Notes under the pieces: generated by a model | Database searches by the model: none | The model's input: only the letters and a program-made list of their open reading frames with translations | Told to the model about the DNA's origin: nothing | Translations under genes and position numbers: made by a program | In this document: positions 29,557 through 39,627 of the stretch, one piece after another | How the letters are laid out: every line of letters starts with the position of its first letter | Numbering within the stretch: the stretch's first letter is position 1 | From: a candidate division FCPU426 bacterium | GTDB taxonomy: Bacteria; Oederibacteriota; Muellerivitia; Muellerivitales; Muellerivitaceae | DNA: 64,000 nucleotides | Assembly: GCA_963771075.1 (NCBI GenBank) | Contig: CAVYSE010000007.1 | Span: forward strand, 96,001-160,000 | Direction: 5' to 3'

Positions 29557-29608
29557 GGCTAAGAAGAACGAAGCGAACGGATTAAATTTTCTCGCTATTC
29601 CTGGTGAA

Positions 29609-30097
29609 ATGATGCCTTTGGCTTATTTATCTTTGGGGTCCAATTTGGGCCCAAGGGAAGTTTATTTGGACCGTGCGCGGAATGCGACGCGGGAATTTTT
29701 CCCGAAAGTTCGGGAATCCTCCGTCTACGAGACCGAACCCGTGGATTTCTTGGATCAACCCTGGTTTTTGAACCAAGTCCTAGAAATTGAGACACCCTTA
29801 AATCCGCAGGCCCTGTTAAGCTGGATACGCGGGTTGGAGGATGGGATGGGTAGGCAGAGGGTGACCCCCAAGGGGCCGCGCACCCTGGATGTGGACATTT
29901 TGTTGTACGATGATTGGACCCTTAGGGGAGATGAACTGGTGTTGCCCCACCCGCGGTTGATTTATCGGAGGCACGTTTTGGTCCCTCTTTGCGAATTGGC
30001 CGATGAGCGACGAATCCCGGGCGAAACCCGAACTCTTCGGGAAATTCTGAGCACTGTCGAAGACTTGTCCCAAGTGAGACGCCATGCTTCAACATAA
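29609..30097 (+). CDS. folK: 2-amino-4-hydroxy-6-hydroxymethyldihydropteridine diphosphokinase
   Basis: YLSLGSNLG, GPRTLDVDIL, LPHPR. Confidence 0.96.
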   Translation: MMPLAYLSLGSNLGPREVYLDRARNATREFFPKVRESSVYETEPVDFLDQPWFLNQVLEIETPLNPQALLSWIRGLEDGMGRQRVTPKGPRTLDVDILLYDDWTLRGDELVLPHPRLIYRRHVLVPLCELADERRIPGETRTLREILSTVEDLSQVRRHAST

Positions 30098-30728
30098 ATA
30101 TATCGCCATTGAGGGCCCCATTGGTGTGGGCAAAACTAGCCTTGCAGAAATTTTGGCCAAAAAGTTAAGCGCCCGCCTCGTCATGGAAGGTGCGGTCGAC
30201 AATCCCTTCATCCACACCTTTTACAAAGACATCAAGGCCCATGCCTTTCAGACCCAGCTTTTTTTCCTGCTCTCCCGTTATAAGCAACAGCAGGAATTGG
30301 CCCAAAGCGATCTTTTTCAAAGAGGCATCATCAGCGACTATGTCTTCGCGAAGGACCGGTTGTTCGCCAACTTGGTTTTGGATGACAACGAATTAAAACT
30401 GTACGAGCAGATCCACACGATCCTCACGGGAAGGATCCTGAAGCCGGATCTCGTCATTTACTTGCAGGCGTCGACCGACGTCCTCTTGAAACGCATTGCT
30501 TTGCGAGGTCGTAAATTTGAGAGTCAGATCAACGAGGCTTATTTGGCGGAATTGAACCAGGCCTACAATTACTTCTTTTTCCACTACCAGGAAACTCCGC
30601 TGATGGTGGTGAATACCAGCGAGATCGATTTTGTCCACCGCGACGCGGACCTGGATGATCTGCTTGTTCACCTAGGGAAGATCACCAAAGGCACCGTTTA
30701 TTACCAGCCGGTCTCGGTAAAAAAATAA
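30084..30728 (+). CDS. Deoxynucleoside kinase
   Basis: IAIEGPIGVGKT, RIALRGR; usual folK-dNK-panB context. Confidence 0.92.
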   Translation: MLQHKYIAIEGPIGVGKTSLAEILAKKLSARLVMEGAVDNPFIHTFYKDIKAHAFQTQLFFLLSRYKQQQELAQSDLFQRGIISDYVFAKDRLFANLVLDDNELKLYEQIHTILTGRILKPDLVIYLQASTDVLLKRIALRGRKFESQINEAYLAELNQAYNYFFFHYQETPLMVVNTSEIDFVHRDADLDDLLVHLGKITKGTVYYQPVSVKK

Positions 30729-30783
30729 CTGTTTTTAACCGTTCACTGCCGAATGCAGATGGTTTCACACTTGAGGGGTTTCG

Positions 30784-31575
30784 ATGGAACATCAGTTGAC
30801 CATTCTGGATTTCCAAGCCAAATGCGATCAGGGTGAGAAGATCGCCCTCGTGACGGCCTATGACTACGCCATGGCGCGGGCGGTCGACACCGCCGGGGTG
30901 GACGGCATTTTGGTGGGGGACAGCCTTTCCAACGTCATGTTGGGCCGGGCCACCACCCTCTCCACGACGCTGGAGGAGATGATTCATCATTGCAAGGCGG
31001 TTGTTCGGGGCGTTCAAAAGGCTCTTGTGATCGGGGACCTACCATTTCTCACCTATCAATTGGGGCCCGAAACGGCATTGGCGAATGCCGGAAGGTTGAT
31101 GGCGGAAACGGGTGTGGGGGCGGTCAAATTGGAATGGTGTGCCCAAGCGGCCCGGATAACCGAGTTTCTAGTAGGGAACGGTCTTCCGGTCATGGGCCAT
31201 GTGGGGTTCACGCCCCAGCAGGTCCACCGGTTCGGGGGCTACCGGGTGCAGGGAAAGGATAAATCCTCCGCTTCCACATTGCTCCAACAAGCAAGGGCAT
31301 TCGAAAAAGCGGGCGCCTTTTCGGTGGTGTTGGAACTGGTACCGCCTTTACTCGCGAAAAAAATTAGCCAGGTTTTGAGGATTCCCACGATTGGGATCGG
31401 AGCGGGCCTGGATTGCGATGGGCAGGTCCAGGTGCTCCACGATCTTTTGGGCCTCATGCCGGATTTTCATCCAAAACACGCTAAGACCTATCTAAGCCTT
31501 TACCCGACGATACAAGAAGCCATCCGGCGCTATGCTAGGGAGGTCAAGTCGGGAAATTTCCGGCCGGGCCCATGA
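30784..31575 (+). CDS. panB: 3-methyl-2-oxobutanoate hydroxymethyltransferase
   Basis: TAYDY, LVGDSL, GHVGFTPQ, IGIGAG.DCDGQV. Confidence 0.97.
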   Translation: MEHQLTILDFQAKCDQGEKIALVTAYDYAMARAVDTAGVDGILVGDSLSNVMLGRATTLSTTLEEMIHHCKAVVRGVQKALVIGDLPFLTYQLGPETALANAGRLMAETGVGAVKLEWCAQAARITEFLVGNGLPVMGHVGFTPQQVHRFGGYRVQGKDKSSASTLLQQARAFEKAGAFSVVLELVPPLLAKKISQVLRIPTIGIGAGLDCDGQVQVLHDLLGLMPDFHPKHAKTYLSLYPTIQEAIRRYAREVKSGNFRPGP

Positions 31576-32432
31576 AAGCGCCCGCTCCACGCACCTTTGA
31601 AGATCCAGGAGTCATGCGTACCCAAGCCCGAAAATGGCGTAAGTCCGGCAAAACCGTAGGGTTTGTGCCGACCATGGGTGCCTTGCATCCGGGCCACTTG
31701 GAATTGGTGCGCGCTTCCCGGTCCGCCAATGACCTGACGGTTGTTTCCATCTATATCAATCCCATGCAGTTTGGGCCCCAGGAGGATTACAACCGCTATC
31801 CCCGGACCCTCGAAGCGGATTTGGCCCTGTTGACCGAGGAAAAGGTGGACGCAGTGTACCTGCCCAATAACCGGGTCATGTATCCCAAGGGTTTTGCGAC
31901 CACCGTATCGGTCTCAGGATCATTGATTTCGAGCTTGTGCGCCCCCTTCCGTCTCGGCCATTTTGAGGGCGTGGCGACGGTGGTGGTAAAATTGGTCAAC
32001 ACCGTGCTACCTACCCGGCTCTATTTGGGACAAAAGGATGCCCAGCAGGCGGTGATTCTCCGGCAGGTCTTAAAAGATCTCGACATAGAATTGGAATCGG
32101 TCTTTTGCCCCATCGTCCGTGAATCCGACGGTTTGGCCATGAGTTCCAGGAACAAAAATCTCACCTTGGAAGGAAGAGCGTCCGCCCCGGTACTTTACAG
32201 GGCTTTGAAAGTGGGTAAAAGTATCGTGGATCTGGGGGAGACCGATGTGGAAAAGGTGCTGGAAGAGGTCCGTAAGGTCATCAAGGATGAGCGTGCGGTC
32301 AAAATCCAATACCTGGAAGCCGTCCATCAGGAGAACTTAAGCCCCTTGAGAAAGATCGTTCCCGGCATGACCCTGATCGGCTTAGCCGCTTACCTTGACA
32401 ATGTCCGCCTCATCGACAATATTGTTGTTTAA
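31572..32432 (+). CDS. panC: Pantoate-beta-alanine ligase
   Basis: VPTMGALHPGH, GQKDAQQ, GLAMSSRN, RLIDN. Confidence 0.97.
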   Translation: MKAPAPRTFEDPGVMRTQARKWRKSGKTVGFVPTMGALHPGHLELVRASRSANDLTVVSIYINPMQFGPQEDYNRYPRTLEADLALLTEEKVDAVYLPNNRVMYPKGFATTVSVSGSLISSLCAPFRLGHFEGVATVVVKLVNTVLPTRLYLGQKDAQQAVILRQVLKDLDIELESVFCPIVRESDGLAMSSRNKNLTLEGRASAPVLYRALKVGKSIVDLGETDVEKVLEEVRKVIKDERAVKIQYLEAVHQENLSPLRKIVPGMTLIGLAAYLDNVRLIDNIVV

Positions 32433-32491
32433 TGACCTTGGATACTTGAGGCAGGGGTTCTAATCGCTTTTCATGGGGTTAATCAACAATC

Positions 32492-32857
32492 ATGGGCCGT
32501 TATTTCGTCAAATCAAAGATCCAAAAAGCCACCGTCAAACAGACGGACCTGCACTATGAGGGCAGTATCACGGTCGATCCGGTGTTGCTGGAAACGGCCG
32601 ATATCGCCCCTTATGAGCAGGTACATGTGCTTAACTTAAACAACGGTGCCCGGATCGTTACTTATGCCATCGAAGGGAAAAGGGGATCGGGCATGGTGTG
32701 CCTAAACGGCGCGGCGGCCCGTCAGGCGGAAGTGGGCGATTTGGTCATAATCTTGAGTTACCAGACCATGGAAGGATTACCCCCCAAAGGCTATGCCCCG
32801 ACTGTAATCCTCGTCAACGCCAAAAACAAAGTGGTGAAGGTGAAGAAGGGAGCCTGA
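32492..32857 (+). CDS. panD: Aspartate 1-decarboxylase
   Basis: LHYEGSITVD (G-S cleavage site), NGARIVTY, LNGAAAR. Confidence 0.95.
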   Translation: MGRYFVKSKIQKATVKQTDLHYEGSITVDPVLLETADIAPYEQVHVLNLNNGARIVTYAIEGKRGSGMVCLNGAAARQAEVGDLVIILSYQTMEGLPPKGYAPTVILVNAKNKVVKVKKGA

Positions 32858-32858
32858 A

Positions 32859-33794
32859 ATGTCCTTGGACCTTTTCTTGGACGATGCCGAGCTCCTTTCC
32901 CGGATCGCGCGACTTAAAAAAGAACGGAATGCCGTCATCCTGGCCCATAGTTACGAAAGGCCCGAAGTCCAGGACGCCGCCGATTATGTGGGGGATTCCC
33001 TCGAACTTTCCCGATTGGCGGCCCAAACGGATGCGGATGTAATAGTCTTTTGTTCAGTGCATTTCATGGCAGAAACCGCGAAGATTTTATCCCCCCAAAA
33101 AACTGTTTTGTTGCCATCGGCCGAGGCCGGTTGCCCTTTGGCGGACATGATCACACCCGCCCAACTTAACTTGGAAAAGGCCAAAAGGCCTCAGGCCGCC
33201 GTTGTGGCTTATGTCAATTGTTCCGCTGAGATCAAGGCCATGGCGGATGTTTGCTGTACTTCCGCCAATGCCCTGCAGGTGGTGGAGGCGGTTCCCCAGG
33301 ACGAGGTCCTTTTCGTGCCCGATCAGCACCTGGGTCGATGGGTCCAGAAGCATTCGACCAAAAAGATGACCCTCTGGGCAGGCTGTTGTCCCACCCACCA
33401 GCGCATGAAGCCGAAGGATATCCTCGACCTTAAACGCCAATATCCGGAAGCCCTGGTGCTGGTCCATCCCGAATCGAGCGAGGAACTCTGCAACCTGGCG
33501 GACGAGGTCCTGTCCACGTCGCAAATGCTCCGTTATTGCGAGTCCTCTCCTGCGTCCACCTTCATTATCGGTACCGAGATGGGTATGCTTCACCGCCTGC
33601 GAAAATCGATGCCGGAGAAAAGCTTTCTCCAGCCAAGCAAAGGCTTGATCTGTCCCAATATGAAAATGACCCAGCTGGAAGATCTTTACGAGTCGCTCAA
33701 GGAACTTCAGCACCCCATAGAGATTCCCGAACCCGTACGCTTGATGGCCTTGAAGGCGCTCGATGGGATGCTGGCGGCGATACCCTTAAGGTGA
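32859..33794 (+). CDS. nadA: Quinolinate synthase A
   Basis: VGDSLEL, VHFMAETAKIL, GCPLAD, CPTH, ICPNMK. Confidence 0.96.
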   Translation: MSLDLFLDDAELLSRIARLKKERNAVILAHSYERPEVQDAADYVGDSLELSRLAAQTDADVIVFCSVHFMAETAKILSPQKTVLLPSAEAGCPLADMITPAQLNLEKAKRPQAAVVAYVNCSAEIKAMADVCCTSANALQVVEAVPQDEVLFVPDQHLGRWVQKHSTKKMTLWAGCCPTHQRMKPKDILDLKRQYPEALVLVHPESSEELCNLADEVLSTSQMLRYCESSPASTFIIGTEMGMLHRLRKSMPEKSFLQPSKGLICPNMKMTQLEDLYESLKELQHPIEIPEPVRLMALKALDGMLAAIPLR

Positions 33795-33811
33795 AAGCGG
33801 AGGGTAACGAC

Positions 33812-34792
33812 ATGGGCCCGGCCGTCCGTATTCGGGAACTTTCTAAGACCTATAAAACTGGGTTTTGGTTCCTGCCCAAGATATCCCATGCCCTGAAATC
33901 CCTGAACTTGGAGGTCCAATCCCGACAGGCTTTCGGGCTGCTGGGCCTCAACGGGGCCGGGAAAACCACCACCATCAAGATTCTCCTGGGCCTTTTGAAG
34001 CCCAATACCGGGTCCGTGGAGATTTTGGGTGGGAGCATTTCCCAAAGGTCCATCCGCAACCGCATCGGTTATCTTCCCGAACTCCCCTACTTCTCCCGCC
34101 AGCACACGGGCCGGGAACTTCTGGCCTATTTCGGCGCCCTGCACGGCCTCTCCGGCAAGTCCCTCGCCTCCCGGGTGGACGAGGTGCTGGAACTGGTGCG
34201 CATGACCAAGAGCGCGGACGAGCGCCTCTCAGGCTACTCCAAGGGGATGCAGCAGCGCATCGGCATCGGCCAGGCCCTGATCGGCAAGCCCGAGTTCCTG
34301 GTTTGCGACGAGCCCATGAGCGGCCTGGACCCAGTGGGGTACAAGGAAATGCGCGACATTTTCATCGACTTGAAGTTCTCGGGTACGACCCTCTTCCTCA
34401 ATACGCATATCCTGGACGAGGTGGAGCGCATCTGCGACCGGGTGGGGGTATTGCACGAGGGCGTCTTGAAGGATGTCCGGGACGTACCCGAGATCATGGA
34501 ATCCGATTTGCCTGTGGATTATTGGCTCGATGTCCAATCGGGGGACGCCTCCAAATTGTCGGGCCTGCCATTCCGGGGTGCGGTTTCCAGGCAGGAGGGG
34601 ATCCTGATCCAGGGGAAGGCACTTTCCCAAACCCTTTCGACCTTAACCACCCGAAAGGTCAAGGTGCACGGGATTCGCCCCCTTTCCTCCCAGCTGGAAG
34701 CCTATTTCCTGAAGGCCATCGGTTTGGACAAAATGGTGGCCCAGGCGAAGGTGACCGCCGCGCCTGAATCGAAAAAGCGGAGGGCCAAATGA
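33812..34792 (+). CDS. ABC transporter ATP-binding protein
   Basis: GLNGAGKTT, YSKGMQQR, CDEPMSGLDP; GGAGG RBS. Confidence 0.93.
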   Translation: MGPAVRIRELSKTYKTGFWFLPKISHALKSLNLEVQSRQAFGLLGLNGAGKTTTIKILLGLLKPNTGSVEILGGSISQRSIRNRIGYLPELPYFSRQHTGRELLAYFGALHGLSGKSLASRVDEVLELVRMTKSADERLSGYSKGMQQRIGIGQALIGKPEFLVCDEPMSGLDPVGYKEMRDIFIDLKFSGTTLFLNTHILDEVERICDRVGVLHEGVLKDVRDVPEIMESDLPVDYWLDVQSGDASKLSGLPFRGAVSRQEGILIQGKALSQTLSTLTTRKVKVHGIRPLSSQLEAYFLKAIGLDKMVAQAKVTAAPESKKRRAK

Positions 34793-35562
34793 AAAGGGCA
34801 TTGACCGTCGCCGCCTTCACCTTCCGGGAGCTGGTCCGCAGCAAGATGTTTTATATCTGGTTCGTATGCGTCGTGGTTTTGTGCGGCCTGGCCTTCCTGC
34901 TTTCCATGCTTAGTTTCGGGGACGCCTTGAAAATCTTCATGGACCTGGGAATGACGGGGATGGAAATGGGCGGGATCATCGTCCTCCTGCTCAGCCTGGC
35001 GGTGACTTACAACACCGAGATGGACCAGAAGGCCATTTTCCTCCAGTTGGCCAAGCCGATTACCCGGGGCGAATATCTATTGGGCCGGGTGCTGGGCTTT
35101 TTCTCGGTGGTGGGGCTGGTCGTCCTGGGCATGGGTTTGGTGATCGCGGGCCTGGCTTTCTTATTCGGGGGAGAGGTTCCGCCCCTCTTTTGGGCCTCCT
35201 CCGCCTTCCTTATCCTGGAAATGTTCGTGCTCTGCGCCATGGGGCTCACTTACCAGACGCTGGGAACCTCCCTGGTGGGGGCCTTCCTCTACACCTTTTT
35301 CACCATCTTCCTGGGCCACCTGATCGGCGAGATCGAATGGCTCCTGGGCCAGGATATCGCGGGATGGGTTAAGACCCTCCTGCGGTTCATCGAGTTCATC
35401 CTTCCCAACCTGGAAGCCTTCAACCTCAAGGACCGGCTTTATGATCCCACCCTGGTTCTGGGCTGGGCCCAATGGCGGGACGTGTTCCTCTACTCTTTCG
35501 GCTATTCTTTCGTGGTATTCATGTTCGGCTGGATCAATCTGGAAAAGAGGGAGTTCAAGTGA
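34789..35562 (+). CDS. ABC-2 type permease
   Basis: Six hydrophobic segments; KPITRGEYLLGR; follows the ATPase gene. Confidence 0.88.
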   Translation: MKRALTVAAFTFRELVRSKMFYIWFVCVVVLCGLAFLLSMLSFGDALKIFMDLGMTGMEMGGIIVLLLSLAVTYNTEMDQKAIFLQLAKPITRGEYLLGRVLGFFSVVGLVVLGMGLVIAGLAFLFGGEVPPLFWASSAFLILEMFVLCAMGLTYQTLGTSLVGAFLYTFFTIFLGHLIGEIEWLLGQDIAGWVKTLLRFIEFILPNLEAFNLKDRLYDPTLVLGWAQWRDVFLYSFGYSFVVFMFGWINLEKREFK

Positions 35563-36272
35563 CGTTCCCCTGGTCGCCCGGAAGCCGGGGTTTGCGGAAC
35601 GCCCTGGTGGCCCTGTTCCTGGTGTTCCTGGCCCAGGCCTGGCTTTGCCTGAGGCTGGACCAATGGATTCATCCGCTCCCCTTTAAAAACAAGGAATCGC
35701 ATATGGCGGTGGTGGACAAGAAGGTGACCTCCACTCTCAGGGCGGTGGCCTACTTAACGGGCTACAAGGTGCTGGTGGGCCATTTGTTCTGGATCCAAGT
35801 GGTGCAATATTACGGCGACAGCAGCAACGCGGCCGATCATTTTTCCAAACTTTACGATTACTGCTCTCTGGCCTCGGACTTGAACCCCTGTTTCATTCCA
35901 GCCTACACTTATGGCGCCGCGGCCCTGGCATTTCATTTGAAGAGGATCGATCAGGCGGAGAGGCTTCTCAAAAAAGGGATCCTGTCCAATCCTGGTGAAC
36001 CCAAATTGACCCTTTTGCTGGCTTCCATCCTTTATCAAAACACTGAACAATACGACAAGCTCATTCCCTTTCTGGAGGCCCAAATCGACCGAGGGGACGC
36101 CCCCACGGTCCTGGTCCATATTTTGGCCAATACCTACCAGAAACTGGGACGCTATCAGGAGGCCATCACCCTTTGGAAAAAATGCTTAAAAGAATCCACC
36201 TCCGACTCGCAAAGGATCGAGGCGGCCGCCTTCCTGCAACAACTCTATCGCCTTGAAAAATCAAGACCTTGA
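35559..36272 (+). CDS. Membrane-anchored TPR protein
   Basis: N-terminal TM segment, WIQVVQYYG, TPR-like helices. Confidence 0.75.
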   Translation: MTFPWSPGSRGLRNALVALFLVFLAQAWLCLRLDQWIHPLPFKNKESHMAVVDKKVTSTLRAVAYLTGYKVLVGHLFWIQVVQYYGDSSNAADHFSKLYDYCSLASDLNPCFIPAYTYGAAALAFHLKRIDQAERLLKKGILSNPGEPKLTLLLASILYQNTEQYDKLIPFLEAQIDRGDAPTVLVHILANTYQKLGRYQEAITLWKKCLKESTSDSQRIEAAAFLQQLYRLEKSRP

Positions 36273-37183
36273 TCCACCTCTTGACCGCCAGTCCCGCCCT
36301 AGACCTGGATATCAAGCTTGAAAGATCGCGCCGTGGAAAAATTGGACTCCTGGAACATTGCCGGTGGGAAGCCGGGGGCAAGGCGGTTAATCTCTCGCGA
36401 TTTTTGGGAAAATGGAATGTGGCCCATCGCCTTTGGCTGGGAGCTGGCGGGGGCGAGGATCCCGCCCATTTCCTTTATGGGAAATTGCTGAAGCAGGAAG
36501 GCCTTTCGGCGACCTTCCTGGACCTGCAAGCCCCTATTCGCATGAACGCCGTGGTGGATGAGAATGGCGTGAAAGGAAAGTACAACCATTTGGGATTTCC
36601 ACTCCGCAAGAACATTTGGAAGACCCTGTTAAAATCCGTCCGATCGGGGGATCACTGGGTCTTGGCGGGCCGACTTCCCCGGGGTATGGACCCGCAAAGT
36701 CAGGCTCAATGGATCCTCTCCGCCCAAAAAAAAGGGGCGAAAGTTCTTCTTGATACTTCCGGCCAGGCGCTCTGGGCCGCGCTCAAGGCCAAACCCTGGT
36801 TCTTCAAGGTGAACCTGTATGAATTGTCCGAGGTGGTAAGGCAACGATTCCAATCCCTAGAACAGGTTCCTGCCCTGATGCGAAAGATGGGTTTGGAACA
36901 TGGCGCGGTCACGGATGGACCGAATGGCGCCGTCCTTTGGGAAAAAGATGAATGCTTTAGGGTCCGAATGGGAAAGCCTGTGAACGGATCCTTGGTCGTG
37001 GGCGCGGGGGACGCCTTTATGGCGGGCTACCTGAAGGCCCTGATGGAAAAAATGCCCCTGATTTTTCGGGCGGTCCTCGCCAATGCTTGCGGCGCGGCGG
37101 TGGCCCGGACCGATCTTCATCGTTTCAGCCCTCTAGGGGTCTCCCAACTGCTCAAATACACTGTTCTCAAGAGAATCTCGTGA
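36269..37183 (+). CDS. PfkB / 1-phosphofructokinase-family carbohydrate kinase
   Basis: AGGKAVN, LDTSG, KVNLYEL, VGAGDAF. Confidence 0.88.
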   Translation: MIHLLTASPALDLDIKLERSRRGKIGLLEHCRWEAGGKAVNLSRFLGKWNVAHRLWLGAGGGEDPAHFLYGKLLKQEGLSATFLDLQAPIRMNAVVDENGVKGKYNHLGFPLRKNIWKTLLKSVRSGDHWVLAGRLPRGMDPQSQAQWILSAQKKGAKVLLDTSGQALWAALKAKPWFFKVNLYELSEVVRQRFQSLEQVPALMRKMGLEHGAVTDGPNGAVLWEKDECFRVRMGKPVNGSLVVGAGDAFMAGYLKALMEKMPLIFRAVLANACGAAVARTDLHRFSPLGVSQLLKYTVLKRIS

Positions 37184-38466
37184 ACGGCGAAATCCGTCCC
37201 ATTTATTCCGTGACCGAACTGGTTCAAACCGCACGTGCCCTCCTGGAAGCCAAGTTTCCCAACGTGCTGGTCCAGGGCGAGATTAGTCGTTTCACCAAAC
37301 ATCCTTCAGGCCACATCTATTTCGATCTCAAGGACGAGAAAAGTCTCGTTTCCTGCGCTTTCTTCAAGGGGTACAACCAAAGCCTGACCTTCCAACCCGA
37401 GCAGGGCATGAAAGTGATGGTGGGTGGTCACTTATCCCTCTTTGAGGCGAGGGGACAGTTTCAACTTTTGGTCCACGTTCTTGAACCCCAAGGGGTGGGC
37501 GGACTGCAAATGGCTTTCGAACAACTGAAGAAAAAGCTCATGGAAGAGGGGCTGTTCGACGAATCCCGAAAGAAATCCCTGCCCACTTTTCCTGTTCGCA
37601 TCGCCCTTGTCACCTCGCCTTCCGGGGCCGCCATCCAGGATTTCATGAAAATCCTCGAGACACGGGCCGGCATTGAGGAAGTGGAGCTTTACCCCGTAAA
37701 GGTTCAAGGAATCGAGGCGCCGAAAGAAATCCGCCAGGCGATTCTGGAAATATCGGCCAGGAAGGAACATGATGTCCTAGTCTTGACTCGGGGCGGGGGT
37801 AGCCTGGAAGACTTATCGGCCTTCAATGACGAGTCTGTGGTCCGGGCACTAGCCAGTTGTTCCATCCCCACCATCAGCGCCGTGGGCCACGAGGTGGACT
37901 TCACCCTCTGCGATTTTGTGGCCGACCGCCGGGAGCCCACCCCCACCGCTGCCGCTGCCCATATTGCCCCGGGAAGGGACGAAATCAGGGAAACCTTGTT
38001 GGAGAGCCAGCGCAGATTGAAAGAGTCCCTGGAGGCCATCCTGGAGGGTAAACGGAGGGATCTAAGGGAGCTGTCGACCAACCTTAAGGACCGCCGTCCC
38101 GATAAGCTCTTGGACCAAGCCCGTCAGAACTTGGACTACAAGGCCCAGGAACTTAAGGATGCCCTTCTCCAGCGTCTTCAATATAACCGGCTACGCTATC
38201 AACGCTTCACCGACTTTTTGGCCCGGACCACCCCACTTCAACTCCTTCAGCCTTTGAAGGAAAGGCTCAAGGGTCTGGAAGCCCAATTACAGGCCTTTCA
38301 TCCCCATGGTCCGCTGAAAAGGGGATATGCCATCGTCACGCGGCGAACGACGGATGAGATCTTACGAACCTCGAAAGGTTTGGCGAAAGGGGAGCTTCTG
38401 GATATCCTTTTGCAGCAGGGAACCGTCGAATCGGAAGTTGTTTCAACCCAGGTTAAAAATGAATAA
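37180..38466 (+). CDS. xseA: Exodeoxyribonuclease VII large subunit
   Basis: GEISRF..HPSGHIYFDLKD, RGGGSLEDL, SAVGHEVD, PTPTAAA. Confidence 0.97.
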   Translation: MNGEIRPIYSVTELVQTARALLEAKFPNVLVQGEISRFTKHPSGHIYFDLKDEKSLVSCAFFKGYNQSLTFQPEQGMKVMVGGHLSLFEARGQFQLLVHVLEPQGVGGLQMAFEQLKKKLMEEGLFDESRKKSLPTFPVRIALVTSPSGAAIQDFMKILETRAGIEEVELYPVKVQGIEAPKEIRQAILEISARKEHDVLVLTRGGGSLEDLSAFNDESVVRALASCSIPTISAVGHEVDFTLCDFVADRREPTPTAAAAHIAPGRDEIRETLLESQRRLKESLEAILEGKRRDLRELSTNLKDRRPDKLLDQARQNLDYKAQELKDALLQRLQYNRLRYQRFTDFLARTTPLQLLQPLKERLKGLEAQLQAFHPHGPLKRGYAIVTRRTTDEILRTSKGLAKGELLDILLQQGTVESEVVSTQVKNE

Positions 38467-38497
38467 AATGGGAAAATTTTAGTTCAGGGGAAATCTC

Positions 38498-38722
38498 ATG
38501 GCTGTTTCACTATCATTTGAGGACTCTCTCGCCAAGCTAGAAACCATCGTTGAAAAGATGGAGTCGGGCGATTTGAAGCTGGAGGATTCCCTCAAACTAT
38601 TCGAAGAAGGCATGAAGCTCACCAAAGAGTGCAACCAACGCCTCAATGAGATCGAAAAAAAGGTCAAAACGCTCCTGAAAACGGCTACCGCCAAATCCAA
38701 AGACGACGAGTCCAAGGATTAA
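38498..38722 (+). CDS. xseB: Exodeoxyribonuclease VII small subunit
   Basis: SFEDSLAKLETIVEKMESGDLKLEDSLKLFEEG. Confidence 0.95.
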   Translation: MAVSLSFEDSLAKLETIVEKMESGDLKLEDSLKLFEEGMKLTKECNQRLNEIEKKVKTLLKTATAKSKDDESKD

Positions 38723-38727
38723 ATCCC

Positions 38728-39624
38728 ATGCCTTTCCCCATCGAGGCTTACCTTAAACAAAAACGCCAGATCGTGGACCGGGGCCTTCGACAGGTCTTTC
38801 ATAAGAGTTCTAACTGTCCCAGAATCCTCTGGGACAGCATGAAATACAGTGTTTTTGCTGGGGGGAAGCGTCTTCGTCCCGTGCTTTGCCTAGCCGCCGC
38901 CGAGACACTCGACCTCCCGCAAAAAGAAGCGCTTCGGATCGCATGTTCTCTCGAACTCATCCATACCTACAGCCTTATTCATGATGATTTGCCAGCCTTG
39001 GATAATGACGACTATCGCCGCGGATTTAAGACCAACCACAAGGTCTTCGGTGAGGCAATGGCTATCTTAGCCGGCGACTCCCTCCTTACCCTGGCTTTTG
39101 AATGGGTTTCTATGCCCGAGGGTTACGCTCCCCCTCGCCGAAAAAACATTCCCCGGATCGTTCGCGAATTGGCGTCCCACGCGGGTTATCCCGGCATGGT
39201 GGGCGGCCAGGTGGACGATGTACTATCCGAAAGACAAAAACCTGTTCTCGCCAAGGTCCTTTCCATCCACCGCCGCAAGACCGGAGCCCTCCTGCTTTCC
39301 AGCGTCCGACTGCCCGCCCTTTTGGCGGGTGCGCCCTCCCGGAAGGTCCATGCGCTAACTCGGTATGGGCAATCAGCGGGGTTGGCGTTCCAAATCGTGG
39401 ATGACGTCATGAACGAGACCGGGGACAGTCAAAAAATGGGGAAGTCCCAAGGAAGTGATAGGGAACGCGGCAAGATGACTTATCCCGCCGCTGTGGGCCT
39501 GTCTAAATCCCGCCAAGCGATCCGACAACTGACCGTCCAGGCCCTGGATTCCCTGAAACCCCTGGGAAGCAAGGCCGAGGCGCTGAAGGCCCTAGCGGAT
39601 TACATGTCGAAAAGGACCACTTGA
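38728..39624 (+). CDS. ispA: Farnesyl/polyprenyl diphosphate synthase
   Basis: GGKRLRP, SLIHDDLPALDNDDYRRG, AFQIVDD. Confidence 0.93.
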   Translation: MPFPIEAYLKQKRQIVDRGLRQVFHKSSNCPRILWDSMKYSVFAGGKRLRPVLCLAAAETLDLPQKEALRIACSLELIHTYSLIHDDLPALDNDDYRRGFKTNHKVFGEAMAILAGDSLLTLAFEWVSMPEGYAPPRRKNIPRIVRELASHAGYPGMVGGQVDDVLSERQKPVLAKVLSIHRRKTGALLLSSVRLPALLAGAPSRKVHALTRYGQSAGLAFQIVDDVMNETGDSQKMGKSQGSDRERGKMTYPAAVGLSKSRQAIRQLTVQALDSLKPLGSKAEALKALADYMSKRTT

Positions 39625-39627
39625 GCC

